Shown piece by piece: positions 11,053 through 20,679 of a stretch of DNA of 64,000 nucleotides (within the stretch, counting starts at the first letter, position 1; each line of letters opens with the position of its first letter). The notes beneath the pieces were generated by a model. The model was not told the DNA's origin. It worked only from the letters and a program-made list of their open reading frames with translations, and did not search any database. Location: NCBI GenBank assembly GCA_027484575.1, contig JAIXSQ010000018.1, positions 98,700-162,699 on the forward strand. Direction: 5' to 3'. Source of the DNA: Comamonadaceae bacterium (GTDB lineage: Bacteria; Pseudomonadota; Gammaproteobacteria; Burkholderiales; Burkholderiaceae_C). Both the position numbers and the translations under genes were made by a program.

Positions 11053-12315
11053 ATGCATCCCAAGGCCTTGCTCGACAGCTGCGCCGACCTCGTGCGCGAG
11101 GTGCTCAGGCTCGACCACCCCGCCGATGCGGTGGTCTCGCGCTATTTCCGCGACCACCGGCAGCTCGGCCCGCGCGAGCGCGCCACGTTGGCCGAGACGG
11201 CCTACGGCGTGCTGCGCCGCAAGCTGCTCTTCGAGCACCTGGCCCGCTCGGGCACGGGGCCGCGCGAGCGGCGGCTGGCCATCCTGGCCTTCGCGGGACC
11301 GCGCGACTTCCTGAAGGCGGCGCTCGACGACGGCGAGAAGCGCTGGCTCGACCAGTGCGACGCGGTCACGCCCGACCAGCTGATGGAGCCGCACCGCCAC
11401 AACCTGCCGGCCTGGCTGGCGACCGACCTGCAGGCGCAGGTGGGCGCGCAGTTCTGGCCGCTGGTCGCCGCGCTCAACGAGCCGGCGCCGCTGGACCTGC
11501 GCGTCAATGCGCTGGTGGCCAAGCGCGACGAGGTGCGGGCCGAGCTCAAGGCCGCCGGCATCGACGCCCGGCCCACGCCGCATTCGCCCTGGGGCCTGCG
11601 GGTGGAGGGCAAGCCGGCCCTCACCAAGCTGGATGCCTTCACCCGCGGCGCGATCGAGGTGCAGGACGAGGGCTCGCAGTTGCTGGCCCTGCTGCTGCAG
11701 GCCAAGCGCGGCGAGATGGTGGTGGACTTCTGCGCCGGCGCCGGCGGCAAGACCCTGGCTATCGGCGCGGCGATGCGCAACACCGGGCGGCTGTACGCCT
11801 TCGACGTCTCGGCGCACCGGCTCGACGCGCTCAAGCCGCGGCTGGCGCGCAGCGGCCTGAGCAACGTGCACCCGGCGGCCATCGCGCACGAGCGCGACGA
11901 CCGCATCAAGCGCCTGGCCGGCAAGATCGACCGCGTGCTGGTCGACGCGCCGTGCTCGGGCTTGGGCACGCTGCGCCGCAACCCCGACCTGAAGTGGCGC
12001 CAGTCGCCGCAGGCGCTGCAGGAGATGGCGGCCAAGCAGGCCGCGATCCTGCGCAGCGCGGCCCGGCTGGTGAAGCCGGGCGGCCGGCTGGTCTACGCGA
12101 CCTGCAGCCTGCTGGCGCAGGAGAACGAGGCGATCGCCACGGCGTTCACGGCCGAGGTGCCGGGCTTCCGGCCGCTGCCGGTGGCCGCTTTGCTCGAGGA
12201 CCTGCAGGTCGCCGGCGCCGCGGGCTTGGCCACGGCCGACGGCCAGTTCCTGCGGCTGTGGCCGCACCAGCACCAGGTGGACGGCTTCTTCGCCGCGGTC
12301 TGGCAGCGCGACTGA
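11053..12315 (+). CDS. rsmB: RsmB/NOP-family 16S rRNA m5C methyltransferase
   Basis: ORF 11053..12315(+), 420 aa. It has the SAM-MTase motif VVDFCAGAGGKT and the catalytic DRVLVDAPCSGLGTLRRNPDLKW...YATCS. Confidence 0.85.
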   Translation: MHPKALLDSCADLVREVLRLDHPADAVVSRYFRDHRQLGPRERATLAETAYGVLRRKLLFEHLARSGTGPRERRLAILAFAGPRDFLKAALDDGEKRWLDQCDAVTPDQLMEPHRHNLPAWLATDLQAQVGAQFWPLVAALNEPAPLDLRVNALVAKRDEVRAELKAAGIDARPTPHSPWGLRVEGKPALTKLDAFTRGAIEVQDEGSQLLALLLQAKRGEMVVDFCAGAGGKTLAIGAAMRNTGRLYAFDVSAHRLDALKPRLARSGLSNVHPAAIAHERDDRIKRLAGKIDRVLVDAPCSGLGTLRRNPDLKWRQSPQALQEMAAKQAAILRSAARLVKPGGRLVYATCSLLAQENEAIATAFTAEVPGFRPLPVAALLEDLQVAGAAGLATADGQFLRLWPHQHQVDGFFAAVWQRD

Positions 12316-12513
12316 GGCGGCGCCCGCGGCAGGGCGCCCGAGGGGCGCCCGCCACGGCCGAGGCTGCTTGATGCAGGTCAAGCCCGCCCTGGCTGGGCAG
12401 CCGTCCATCGGTCCGATAGCACGAAAGTTTCACAGCCGCGCCAGCCGGAGCCCTAGAATGGCGCGCTCGGGCGCGACTTCCGCCGCGTCCCTTCCTGCGA
12501 GGTTCTTTCCCTG

Positions 12514-13728
12514 ATGTTGCTTCCCGACTGGGCCGTGCTGAACGCGGCGATCGACTGGCTGGCCCATGGCCTGTGGGACCTGTCCTGGTGGCAGGTCGTG
12601 CTGTACACGCTGGCCACCACCCACGTGACCATCGCGGCGGTCACGATCTTCCTGCACCGCACGCAGGCCCACCGCGCGATGGACCTTGGCCCGATCCCGT
12701 CGCACTTCTTCCGCTTCTGGCTGTGGCTGGGCACCGGCATGGTGACCAAGGAATGGGTCGCCATCCACCGCAAGCACCACGCCAAGTGCGAGACGCCCGA
12801 CGACCCGCACAGCCCGCAGACCCGCGGCATCGAGACCGTGCTGTGGCGCGGCGCCGAGCTGTACCGGGCCGAGGCCAAGAACACCGAGACCATCGCCAAG
12901 TTCGGCCACGGCACGCCCGACGACTGGATCGAGCGCAACCTCTACACGCGCTACAGCTGGCAGGGCGTGGGCCTGATGCTGATCCTGAACCTGGCGCTGT
13001 TCGGCGCCATCGGCGCGGCCGTGTGGGCCGTGCAGATGCTGTGGATCCCCATCACCGCCGCCGGCATCATCAACGGCATCGGCCACTACTGGGGCTACCG
13101 CAACTTCGAGGCGGCCGACGCCAGCACCAACATCTCGCCGATCGGCATCCTGATCGGCGGCGAAGAGCTGCACAACAACCACCACACCTATCCCACCGCG
13201 GCCAAGTTCTCGGTCAAAAAGTACGAGTTCGACATCGGCTGGGTCTACATCTCGGCCATGCAGAAGATCGGCTGGGCCAAGGTCAAGAAGGTGCCGCCCA
13301 AGCTGCGCCTGGGCGCCGCCCGGCCGGTGGCCGACGAGAAGACCCTCGAGGCCCTGATCGCCCACCGCTACGAGGTGATGGCTAGCTATGCCCGCGAGAT
13401 GCGCACCGTCTGCAAGGACGAGATCGCGCAGCTGCAGGCCCGCGGCGCCGACCTCTCGGCCGTCAAGGCCGCCCGCCGCTGGCTGCACCGCGACGACGAC
13501 AAGGTGCCGGCCGCCGCCCGCGCCCAGCTGCAGCAGGCCCGTGCGGCCCATCCCGTGCTGGACCAGATGGTCACCATGCGCGAGGAACTGCGCGCGCTGT
13601 GGCTGAACACCACGCAGACCCGCGAGCAGCTCGCCGCCGACCTGCAGGCCTGGTGCCGCCGTGCCGAAGAGAGCGGCAACGAGGCGCTGCGCCGCTTCTC
13701 GCTGCAGCTGCGGTCGGCCACGGCCTGA
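12514..13728 (+). CDS. membrane fatty-acid (acyl-CoA/acyl-lipid) desaturase
   Basis: ORF 12514..13728(+), 404 aa. It has three His boxes (HRTQAHRA, HRKHHAKCETPDDPHSP, HNNHH) and N-terminal TM segments. Confidence 0.88.
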   Translation: MLLPDWAVLNAAIDWLAHGLWDLSWWQVVLYTLATTHVTIAAVTIFLHRTQAHRAMDLGPIPSHFFRFWLWLGTGMVTKEWVAIHRKHHAKCETPDDPHSPQTRGIETVLWRGAELYRAEAKNTETIAKFGHGTPDDWIERNLYTRYSWQGVGLMLILNLALFGAIGAAVWAVQMLWIPITAAGIINGIGHYWGYRNFEAADASTNISPIGILIGGEELHNNHHTYPTAAKFSVKKYEFDIGWVYISAMQKIGWAKVKKVPPKLRLGAARPVADEKTLEALIAHRYEVMASYAREMRTVCKDEIAQLQARGADLSAVKAARRWLHRDDDKVPAAARAQLQQARAAHPVLDQMVTMREELRALWLNTTQTREQLAADLQAWCRRAEESGNEALRRFSLQLRSATA

Positions 13729-13746
13729 GGCCCTCGCGCCTCGGAA

Positions 13747-13772
13747 GAAGCCCCGCAGTGCGGGGCTTTTTT
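13747..13772 (+). terminator. rho-independent terminator after the desaturase gene
   Basis: GAAGCCCCGC-AGT-GCGGGGCTT hairpin followed by a T-run (tttttt), 19 nt after the stop codon. Confidence 0.65.
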
Positions 13773-13794
13773 CATGGAGCTCGCGCGGCCGGGC

Positions 13795-14274
13795 TCAGCC
13801 CCGCACCCGCGCCACCAGCTCCACCTCCACGCTCGCGTCCCTGGGCAGCTGGTGCACGCCCACCGAGGTGCGGCTGTGCACGCCGGCCTCGCCCAGCACG
13901 CGGTGCAGCAGGGCCGAGGCCGCGTCGGCCACCTCGCTGTGCTGCGTGAAGCCGGCGGCCGACTGCACGTACACGCCCACGCGCAGCACCCGCGCGACGC
14001 GCTCCAGCGAGCCCAGCTCCCGCTGCAGCAGCACCAGCCCGCGCAGGGCGCAGATCGTCGCGGCCTCGCGGGCCTGCGCCAGCGTCACGGCCTCGCCCAC
14101 GCGGCCGGTGACCACCACCCGCTCGCCCACGCGCGGCACCTGGCCGCTCACCCAGGCAAGCCCGTCGTCGATGACCAGCGGGGCGTAGTCGCCGCCCTTG
14201 CGGATCTCGCCGGAGAAGTCGTGGCCGCAGGCGGCGATGGCGTCGGCGAGGCGGGTGTCGGCGGCAGGCGTCAT
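13795..14274 (-). CDS. RidA/YjgF/L-PSP family protein
   Basis: ORF 13795..14316(-). The start is probably the ATG at 14274 (MTPAADTRLADAIAACGHDF). The C-terminal half (GFTQHSEVADAASALLHRVLGEAGVHSRTSVGVHQLPRDASVEVE) is typical of RidA-like proteins. Confidence 0.8.
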   Translation of the reverse strand: MTPAADTRLADAIAACGHDFSGEIRKGGDYAPLVIDDGLAWVSGQVPRVGERVVVTGRVGEAVTLAQAREAATICALRGLVLLQRELGSLERVARVLRVGVYVQSAAGFTQHSEVADAASALLHRVLGEAGVHSRTSVGVHQLPRDASVEVELVARVRG

Positions 14275-14457
14275 GCCGCGATCCTGCCATGGCCGCGCGG
14301 ATCGCCCGGCCGGCACCGATCTCCTGCAAGCGCCTGAGAACCGCGCGCCGCTCCTGCAACACGCGGATGCCGTGCGCGGGCGCCCTCCCTAATCTCCGCC
14401 GCCTCCGCTGCTGCCGCCGACCGGGCTGCTGCAGGGCAGGAGTCGGGAGAGCCGTCC

Positions 14458-14727
14458 ATGACCGGTGATGTCGTCCTCGCGCTTGCAGCCCAGTTGCTCT
14501 GGGCAGGCCTGCTGCTGTCGGCGCCTGTGCTCGGCGTGATCCTGGTGATCGGTGTGCTGGTGGGCATGCTGCAGGTCGTCACGCAGATGAGCGAGCTCTC
14601 GCTCGCTTTCGTGCCCAAGTTGCTGGGTGTCGGGCTGGTGCTGCTGGTCGCGGGTCCCTGGATGCTCCAGGTGCTCTGCCGCTTCGCCGTGCAGATGTGG
14701 CAACGCATCCCCGCCGCCGCCGCCTGA
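14458..14727 (+). CDS. fliQ: flagellar export gate protein FliQ
   Basis: 89 aa with two TM helices. LQVVTQMSELSLAFVPKLLGVGLVLLVAGPWML matches the FliQ/SctS core. It is followed by fliR-flhB-flhA. Confidence 0.9.
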   Translation: MTGDVVLALAAQLLWAGLLLSAPVLGVILVIGVLVGMLQVVTQMSELSLAFVPKLLGVGLVLLVAGPWMLQVLCRFAVQMWQRIPAAAA

Positions 14728-14738
14728 AGGCCACGCGC

Positions 14739-15527
14739 ATGCACGCCCTGGACGCCTCGTTCCCGCTGGCCTGGGCCGTGGCCACCCTGCTGGTGGCCAC
14801 GCGCCTGGGCACGCTGCTGTGGATGACGCCACCACTGCACGCACTGCCGGTGCCCGCGACGGCGCGCGTGCTGCTGGTGCTCGGCCTCTCGGCCGCGCTG
14901 GCGTGGACGCTGGTGGCCGATGGTGCATGGCGTCCCGCGACCCTCCCCGGCCTGGTCCAGGCGCTCCTGGCCGAGGTCGCCGTCGGTCTCGTGCTCGGCC
15001 TGGGCGTGCTGCTGGCCTTCGCCGGCTTCCAGTTCGCAGGCCGCTTGCTGGATGTGCAGGTCGGCTTCGGGCTGGCCCAGGTGTACGACCCGCAGTCCCG
15101 CACGCAGGTGTCCCCGCTCGCCGCGCTCCTGCCCTGGGTGGGCGTCCTGCTCTTCTTCGCCGTCGACGGCCACCACCAGCTGCTGCGTGGGCTGGCTTTC
15201 AGCCTGCGCGCGCTGCCACCCGGCGGCGACTGGCAGCTCCAAGCGGCGGCCGCCTCGGTGCTCCAGCAGGCAGGCGCGCTGATCGCCCTCGGCTTCGCGC
15301 TCGCGGCGCCGGTGGTCGCAGCCCTGCTGCTGGTGGATCTGGTCCTGGGCGTCGCCGCGCGCAACCTGCCGCAGCTGAACCTGCTGGTGCTGTCGTTCCC
15401 GCTGAAGGTGCTGTGCGGCCTGGCGGCGCTGGCCTGGTGGCTGCCATCCGCGGCCGCTGCGGCGGGACGCCTGCATGCGGTCCTGTTCCAGGGATGGGCG
15501 CGCGCGATCGACGCGATGGGACGCTGA
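14739..15527 (+). CDS. fliR: flagellar export gate protein FliR
   Basis: ORF 14697..15527(+), with the start moved to the ATG at 14739 (MHALDASFPLAW). It is a polytopic membrane protein of about 262 aa in the canonical fliQ-fliR-flhB position. Confidence 0.85.
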   Translation: MHALDASFPLAWAVATLLVATRLGTLLWMTPPLHALPVPATARVLLVLGLSAALAWTLVADGAWRPATLPGLVQALLAEVAVGLVLGLGVLLAFAGFQFAGRLLDVQVGFGLAQVYDPQSRTQVSPLAALLPWVGVLLFFAVDGHHQLLRGLAFSLRALPPGGDWQLQAAAASVLQQAGALIALGFALAAPVVAALLLVDLVLGVAARNLPQLNLLVLSFPLKVLCGLAALAWWLPSAAAAAGRLHAVLFQGWARAIDAMGR

Positions 15528-15528
15528 C

Positions 15529-16617
15529 ATGGACGGCCAGGACCTCGATCGCCACGAGCCCGCGACGCCGCACAAGCTCGAGCGCGCCCGCACGCAGGGT
15601 CAGACCGGTCGCAGTGCCGACCTGCCGGCCGCTGCCGCCTTCGGCGCTGCCATGGTGGTGGGCGCCTCGCAGGGGCTCGAGATGCTGCTGGCGCTGTTCG
15701 AGCTGGCGCGCACCGTCTGGTCGATCCCGCCATCGGCCCTGAACGCGCAGGGCTGGCATGGCCTGGCCTCCGGCCTGCTGGTCGGCGCGGCCGGGGTGCT
15801 GTGGCCCTTGCTGGCCATCTGTGCGGCAGCCATCCTGGGCGCGGTGGCGCAGGGCGGCTTCCTGTGGTCGCCGCAGGCGCTCGCGCCCGACCTGCAACGG
15901 CTGCATCCGGCGGCCGGCCTGCGTCGGCTGGTGTCCGGCCGTGCCCTCGCCGACGGATTGCGCGGGCTGCTCAAGCTGGCCGTGTTCCTGGTGGTCGGCG
16001 CCTGGGCCTGGCAGGCCATGGCGCCCGGGCTGGTCCGCCTGGCGGCCTTGCCACCGCGCGGCCAACTCGCCCTGCTCGTGCAGGACATCAGCCGCCTCGG
16101 GCTGGCGCTGGCGGCCGTGCTGCTGGTCGTCGCGGCGGTCGACGTGCTCTGGTCGCGGCGCCTGTTCCTGCGCGACATGCGCATGAGCCGGCGCGAGTTG
16201 CAGGAGGAGCACAAGCACCGGGAAGGCGATCCGCGGGTGCGCGCCCGGCTGCGCGAGCTGCGGCGGGAGCTCCTGCGGCGCACGCGGTCGCTGCGGCAGA
16301 CGCGCGAGGCCGATCTCGTGCTCGTGAACCCCACGCATGTCGCCGTCGCCTTGCGCTACGTCCACGGCGAGATGCCTGCGCCGGTCGTGGTCTCCAAGGG
16401 CGCCGGGGCGCTGGCGCTGGCCATCCGGTCGCTGGCACACCGGCATCGCATCCAGGTGGTGGCGACGCAGGCCCTGGCGCGGCGCCTGTTCCGCAACGCG
16501 CCGCTCGAGCAGCCGATCCCGCCCGAGTTCCACGCCGAGGTGGCCCGGCTGTTCGTCTGGTTGCTGGCCCAGCGCGCGCAGCGGCGCCAGGCCGACCGCG
16601 CGGAGGTCGCCGCATGA
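15529..16617 (+). CDS. flhB: flagellar export switch protein FlhB
   Basis: ORF 15475..16617(+), with the start at ATG 15529 (MDGQDLDRHEPATPHKLERARTQGQTGRSADL). It has 4 TM segments and the autocleavage site NPTH (DLVLVNPTHVAVALRY). Confidence 0.93.
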   Translation: MDGQDLDRHEPATPHKLERARTQGQTGRSADLPAAAAFGAAMVVGASQGLEMLLALFELARTVWSIPPSALNAQGWHGLASGLLVGAAGVLWPLLAICAAAILGAVAQGGFLWSPQALAPDLQRLHPAAGLRRLVSGRALADGLRGLLKLAVFLVVGAWAWQAMAPGLVRLAALPPRGQLALLVQDISRLGLALAAVLLVVAAVDVLWSRRLFLRDMRMSRRELQEEHKHREGDPRVRARLRELRRELLRRTRSLRQTREADLVLVNPTHVAVALRYVHGEMPAPVVVSKGAGALALAIRSLAHRHRIQVVATQALARRLFRNAPLEQPIPPEFHAEVARLFVWLLAQRAQRRQADRAEVAA

Positions 16618-18650
16618 CGGCCTGGCGCCCCGCCTTGGCGCGCCACGCCGACCTCGCGCTGGTGCTCGCGGTGGGCGGCATCCTGCTGGTGCTGTTCGTG
16701 CCCATTCCCAAGGGCCTGCTGGACCTGCTCGTTCTCGCGAACTTCGGCCTGGCGTTCCTGCTGTTGCTGCTCGCCTTCCACGTGCAGCGCCCCGTGGACC
16801 TGTCCACGTTCCCGTCGCTGCTGCTGCTCGCGACCCTGTTCCGACTCGCCCTCAACGTCGCGGCGACGCGGCTGATCTTGTCCGACGGCGACGCCGGGCG
16901 CGTGATCGGCGCCATCGGCGCGCATGTCGTGGCCGGAAGCTATGTGGTCGGGCTCGTCGTTTTCGCGATCCTCGTCGTCGTCCAGTTCGTGGTGGTGACC
17001 AGCGGGGCGCAGCGGGTCTCGGAAGTGGCGGCGCGGTTCTCCCTGGACAGCATGCCGGGCCAGCAGATGAGCATCGACGCCGACCTGAACATGGGCTTCA
17101 TCGACCAGGCCGAAGCCCAGCGGCGGCGCCGCGCGCTCGAGAAGGAAGCCAGCTTCCACGGCGCCATGGACGGGGCATCGAAGTTCGTCAAGGGCGATGC
17201 GGTGGCGGGGCTCGTGGTCCTGCTCGTGAACATCGTCGGCGGCCTGGCCATCGGCGTGGCGCAGCACGGGATGCCGTGGGGCGAGGCCCTGCGCAAGTAC
17301 GCCCTGCTCACCATCGGAGACGGCATCGTGACCCAGGTGCCTGCGCTGGTGATCGCGGTGGCCACCGGCATCATCGTCACCCGCTCCGCAGGCGACGGCA
17401 ACCTGGGACGCGAGGCCTGGCGCCAGCTGACCTCGCAGCCCCAGGCCCAAGCCATCGTGGCGGTGGCCCTGCTCGCGCTCGTGCTGCTGCCGGGCATCCC
17501 AGCCTGGCCTGCGCTCCTGCTCGCGACCCTGGCCTCTGCCGTGGCATGGGCCAGCCGGAGCCGTACCGGCCCGGACGACGCCAAGCTGCCACCCGGGCCG
17601 GCAGGTCCCCACGCGGCGGCGGTCCACCGGCAGGGCGTGGAGCCGGTCGAACTGCGGGTCGGTGCAGGCCTGGCAGCCCTGCTGCGCGACGGCGACCCGG
17701 AGCTGCAGTCCCGGCTCGGTGGGATGCGGCAGGCCTTGGCCGACGAGCTGGGCTGGGCTCCCCCGGCAGTGCGTCTGCGTGCGCAGGCCGCCCTGGCTGC
17801 CGATGCCTACGAGATTCACCTGGACGGCGCATTGGCCGCGAAAGGCGTGGTTCACCCCGACCGCCTGCTCGCGCTGCATGCCAGCGGGGACCAGGTGGCG
17901 CTCCCCGGACAGCCCACGCGCGATCCGGCCTATGGCCTGCCTGGCCTGTGGATCGAGCCGGGCCAGCGGGACGCCGCCGCGGCGGCGTCGTTCACGGTCG
18001 TGGACCCGGTCACGGTCGTGCTCACCCACCTGGGCGAGGCCCTGCGCCGCGACGCGGCGATCCTGCTGACCCGCGCAGAGACCGACCGCCTGCTTGCCGC
18101 CGCGCGCGAGCGGCAGCCCACCCTGGTGGAGGACTGCGTGCCGGCAGTGCTGGCCGTCGCCGACGTGCAGAAGGTGTTGCAATCCCTGCTGCGCGAGAAG
18201 GTGTCCATCCGGCACCTGGAGGCGATCCTCGAGGCGCTCGCCGATGCGGGCCGCTCCACCAAGGAGTGTGGCGCGTTGACGGAGGCCGTGCGCCAACGCC
18301 TCGCCCGGTCGATCTGCCAGCAGCTGGCGGCCGATGGCAGCACCCTGCACGTGCTGACGCTGGATCCGCAACTCGAAGGCCGGCTGCTGCACGCGGCCTC
18401 GGCGCCCGGCGCGGCCCAGCCGCCTGCCGGGCTCGACCCGCGCGCCGGCGAGCGGCTGCTCGTCCAGCTGGCCCAGCAGGCCGAACGCATGGCGCGCGCC
18501 AACCTCGCGCCCGTGCTTTTGTGTGCGCCCGAGCTGCGCCGGCAGTTGCGCGCGCTGTCGGAGCGCGCGCTGCCGCAGTTGCGCGTGCTGTCGCTTGCCG
18601 AAGTGCCGCAGGCGTTCGAGCTCAAGGCCTTCGGCACCGTCACTCCCTGA
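16614..18650 (+). CDS. flhA: flagellar export gate protein FlhA
   Basis: This is the in-frame part of ORF 15801..18650(+), starting at ATG 16614, which overlaps the flhB stop (ATGA). It reads MTAWRPALARHADLALVLAVGGILLVLFVPIP and carries the FHIPEP-family motifs SLDSMPGQQMSIDADL and ASKFVKGDAVAG. Length 678 aa. Confidence 0.95.
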   Translation: MTAWRPALARHADLALVLAVGGILLVLFVPIPKGLLDLLVLANFGLAFLLLLLAFHVQRPVDLSTFPSLLLLATLFRLALNVAATRLILSDGDAGRVIGAIGAHVVAGSYVVGLVVFAILVVVQFVVVTSGAQRVSEVAARFSLDSMPGQQMSIDADLNMGFIDQAEAQRRRRALEKEASFHGAMDGASKFVKGDAVAGLVVLLVNIVGGLAIGVAQHGMPWGEALRKYALLTIGDGIVTQVPALVIAVATGIIVTRSAGDGNLGREAWRQLTSQPQAQAIVAVALLALVLLPGIPAWPALLLATLASAVAWASRSRTGPDDAKLPPGPAGPHAAAVHRQGVEPVELRVGAGLAALLRDGDPELQSRLGGMRQALADELGWAPPAVRLRAQAALAADAYEIHLDGALAAKGVVHPDRLLALHASGDQVALPGQPTRDPAYGLPGLWIEPGQRDAAAAASFTVVDPVTVVLTHLGEALRRDAAILLTRAETDRLLAAARERQPTLVEDCVPAVLAVADVQKVLQSLLREKVSIRHLEAILEALADAGRSTKECGALTEAVRQRLARSICQQLAADGSTLHVLTLDPQLEGRLLHAASAPGAAQPPAGLDPRAGERLLVQLAQQAERMARANLAPVLLCAPELRRQLRALSERALPQLRVLSLAEVPQAFELKAFGTVTP

Positions 18651-18660
18651 AGGACGCCTG

Positions 18661-19377
18661 ATGACTCCCGTGCTCGCTCTCAGCCTGCAGGCACTCCAAC
18701 ACGACATGGCGCTGCTGGACCGAGCGGCGACGCACCTGGCCCACGCCCAGGCGACGGGCTGGCGACGCGCCGTGGCCGTCGTCCAGGCGCAGCCCACCGG
18801 CGACACGGGAGCCGGCGACGGGGAGCGCCTGCGCATCGATGCTCGGCCGGGCGTCCTGCGTCCGACGGGGCAGGCGCTGGACCTGGCGATCGGCGGTGCG
18901 GGATGGTTCGAGGTGCAGGGGCCCCAAGGACCTGCGTACACCCGGCGTGGCGATTTCCGCCTGGATGGCCAGGGCCGCCTCGTCACCGCGCAGGGCCATG
19001 CGGTGCTCGGCACGTCGGGCGAGATCCGGCTGACGGGATCGTCGGCCGCGATCGACGCCCAGGGCCATGTCTTCGACGCTGACCAGCCCGGCCGGACGCC
19101 CGCCGATGCGGTGGCTCGCCTGCGCATCGTCCAGTTCGAGCCGCAGGCCACCGCCACGCGCGGTCCCGACAGCCTGCTGCACTTCGAGGGTTCCGGCACC
19201 GAGGCGGCCGACCCGCAGGTGCGACAGGGCTGGCTGGAGGGCTCGAACGTGCAGCCCATGCACGAGATGCTGCAGCTGATGCAGGTGCTGCGCCACGCCC
19301 AGACGGTGCAGCGCGTGGCGAGTGGCTGGGACGAGACGCTGGGTGCGGCGATCCGCCGCCTCGGCGAGACCTCATGA
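18661..19377 (+). CDS. flgF: flagellar proximal rod protein FlgF
   Basis: Part of ORF 18523..19377(+), starting at ATG 18661. It has the rod/hook C-terminal signature VRQGWLEGSNVQPMHEMLQLMQVLRHAQ and lies immediately upstream of flgG. Confidence 0.85.
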   Translation: MTPVLALSLQALQHDMALLDRAATHLAHAQATGWRRAVAVVQAQPTGDTGAGDGERLRIDARPGVLRPTGQALDLAIGGAGWFEVQGPQGPAYTRRGDFRLDGQGRLVTAQGHAVLGTSGEIRLTGSSAAIDAQGHVFDADQPGRTPADAVARLRIVQFEPQATATRGPDSLLHFEGSGTEAADPQVRQGWLEGSNVQPMHEMLQLMQVLRHAQTVQRVASGWDETLGAAIRRLGETS

Positions 19378-19396
19378 CGACGAGGAGGACGACCGC

Positions 19397-20170
19397 ATGC
19401 ACGACGCATTCCTGATCGCTGCCACCGGCCTGCACGCGCAGCAGCAGCAGATCGAGTCCATTTCCAACAACCTGGCCAACCTCACCACGCCGGCCTACAA
19501 GCGGTCGCGGGTGACGTTCGGCGACCTGGTGCAGCCCGCGCGCCCGCATGGTGCCGATCCGCTGCCCGGCGTGTCGACCCCGCAGGGCGCCGGCGTCGCC
19601 CTGGTCCAGCACCAGCGGGTGTTCGAAGCCGGCGAGCTGCGCCGCACCGCCGAGCCGCTCGACCTCGCCATCCAGGGCGATGGCTTCCTCGAAGTGGCCC
19701 TGCCGGACGGAGCACGCGGCTTCGTGCGTGGCGGAACCCTGAAGGTCAATGCCGACGGCTTGCTCGCCACGGCGGCCGGTTGGGCGTTGAAGCCAGGGAT
19801 CGGCATCCCCGAGGAGGCGCAGGCCCTGATCGTCTCGACCACCGGCCGCGTGCAGGTGCAGATGTCCCACCAGGCCCGGCCGGTGGAGGTGGGCCAGCTG
19901 GAGCTCGTGCGGTTCACGCAGCCTGGCGGGCTCGCTGCCCTGGCAGGCAACCTGTACCGCGCGACGGAGGCCTCCGGCGAGCCGATCGGCGGTCGCGCCG
20001 GAGAGGCCGGGCTCGGCACGCTGGTGCAGGGAGCCCTGGAGGGCTCGAACGTCAAGCTGTCCGATGAACTGGTCCAGCTGATGGTCGCCCAGCGCGCCTA
20101 CGAAGCCTCCATCCGGGTCATCCAGGTCGCCGACGAGATGCAGGGCCTGGTCAACGGGCTGCGGCGATGA
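19397..20170 (+). CDS. flgG: flagellar distal rod protein FlgG
   Basis: Part of ORF 19322..20170(+), starting at ATG 19397. N-terminal ISNNLANLTTPAYKR and C-terminal GALEGSNVKLSDELVQLMVAQRAYEAS. Confidence 0.93.
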   Translation: MHDAFLIAATGLHAQQQQIESISNNLANLTTPAYKRSRVTFGDLVQPARPHGADPLPGVSTPQGAGVALVQHQRVFEAGELRRTAEPLDLAIQGDGFLEVALPDGARGFVRGGTLKVNADGLLATAAGWALKPGIGIPEEAQALIVSTTGRVQVQMSHQARPVEVGQLELVRFTQPGGLAALAGNLYRATEASGEPIGGRAGEAGLGTLVQGALEGSNVKLSDELVQLMVAQRAYEASIRVIQVADEMQGLVNGLRR

Positions 20171-20679
20171 GCGTGCCCTGGATCGCGGCGCTGTCGCTTG
20201 CCATGGCGTGGCACGGCGGCCCACGCGCCGAGGTGCAGCTGCGGCTGCCGGCCGAGCGCGAGGTGGCCCCCGGGACCGTGCGGCTGGGCGACGTCGCCGA
20301 GGCGAGCGGCGACGACCTGGCGCAACTCGCGCGGCTCGTGCACCTGCCGCTCGGCCCGGCGCCGCGCCCTGGCCAGGCCGCGCTGCTCACCCGTGAGCAG
20401 CTCGCCGCCGCGATCCTGCGCCAGGTGGGCCCTGTCCCAGGACTGCGCTGGGAAGGTGCCGCCAGCAGCCGCGTGAGCGTCGCTGCCGCCGCGCTGGCGG
20501 TGCACCGCGGCCAGTGGGCGCAGATGCGGGCCGGTGCCGGCCCGGTGGAGGCGGCCCTGCGGGTCGAGGTGCTGCAGGACGGGCGTGCCGGTGACCGTGT
20601 GCTGGTTCGCCATGCGGCCGGCGGACCGGCAGTGCGCGGCCTGGTCGTGGCGCCCGGCGTGCTGGAGCCGATGCCATGA
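20167..20679 (+). CDS. flgA: P-ring assembly chaperone FlgA (short form)
   Basis: 170 aa with an N-terminal signal-like segment. The C-terminal segment RVEVLQDGRAGDRVLVRHAAGGPAVRGLVVAPGVLE resembles the FlgA/SAF domain. The position between flgG and flgH fits. Confidence 0.7.
   Translation: MSVPWIAALSLAMAWHGGPRAEVQLRLPAEREVAPGTVRLGDVAEASGDDLAQLARLVHLPLGPAPRPGQAALLTREQLAAAILRQVGPVPGLRWEGAASSRVSVAAAALAVHRGQWAQMRAGAGPVEAALRVEVLQDGRAGDRVLVRHAAGGPAVRGLVVAPGVLEPMP

Noticed and set aside
12316-12513. Palindromic GGGCGCCC-GAG-GGGCGCCC hairpin after rsmB as a terminator or REP element
   Set aside because: No T-run follows it and no second copy occurs in the window, so there is not enough evidence to call a terminator or a repeat family.
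14275-14457. Sigma-54 or sigma-28 promoter upstream of fliQ
   Set aside because: The GGCAC...TGCA at 14312-14328 has a 12-nt rather than the required 10-nt GG-to-GC spacing. No TAAA-N15-GCCGATAA-like element was found.
15801-16613. N-terminal extension of FlhA (949-aa ORF)
   Set aside because: The extension is an out-of-frame read through flhB and is Arg/Ala/Pro-rich. A canonical FlhA N-terminus begins at ATG 16614, overlapping the flhB stop.
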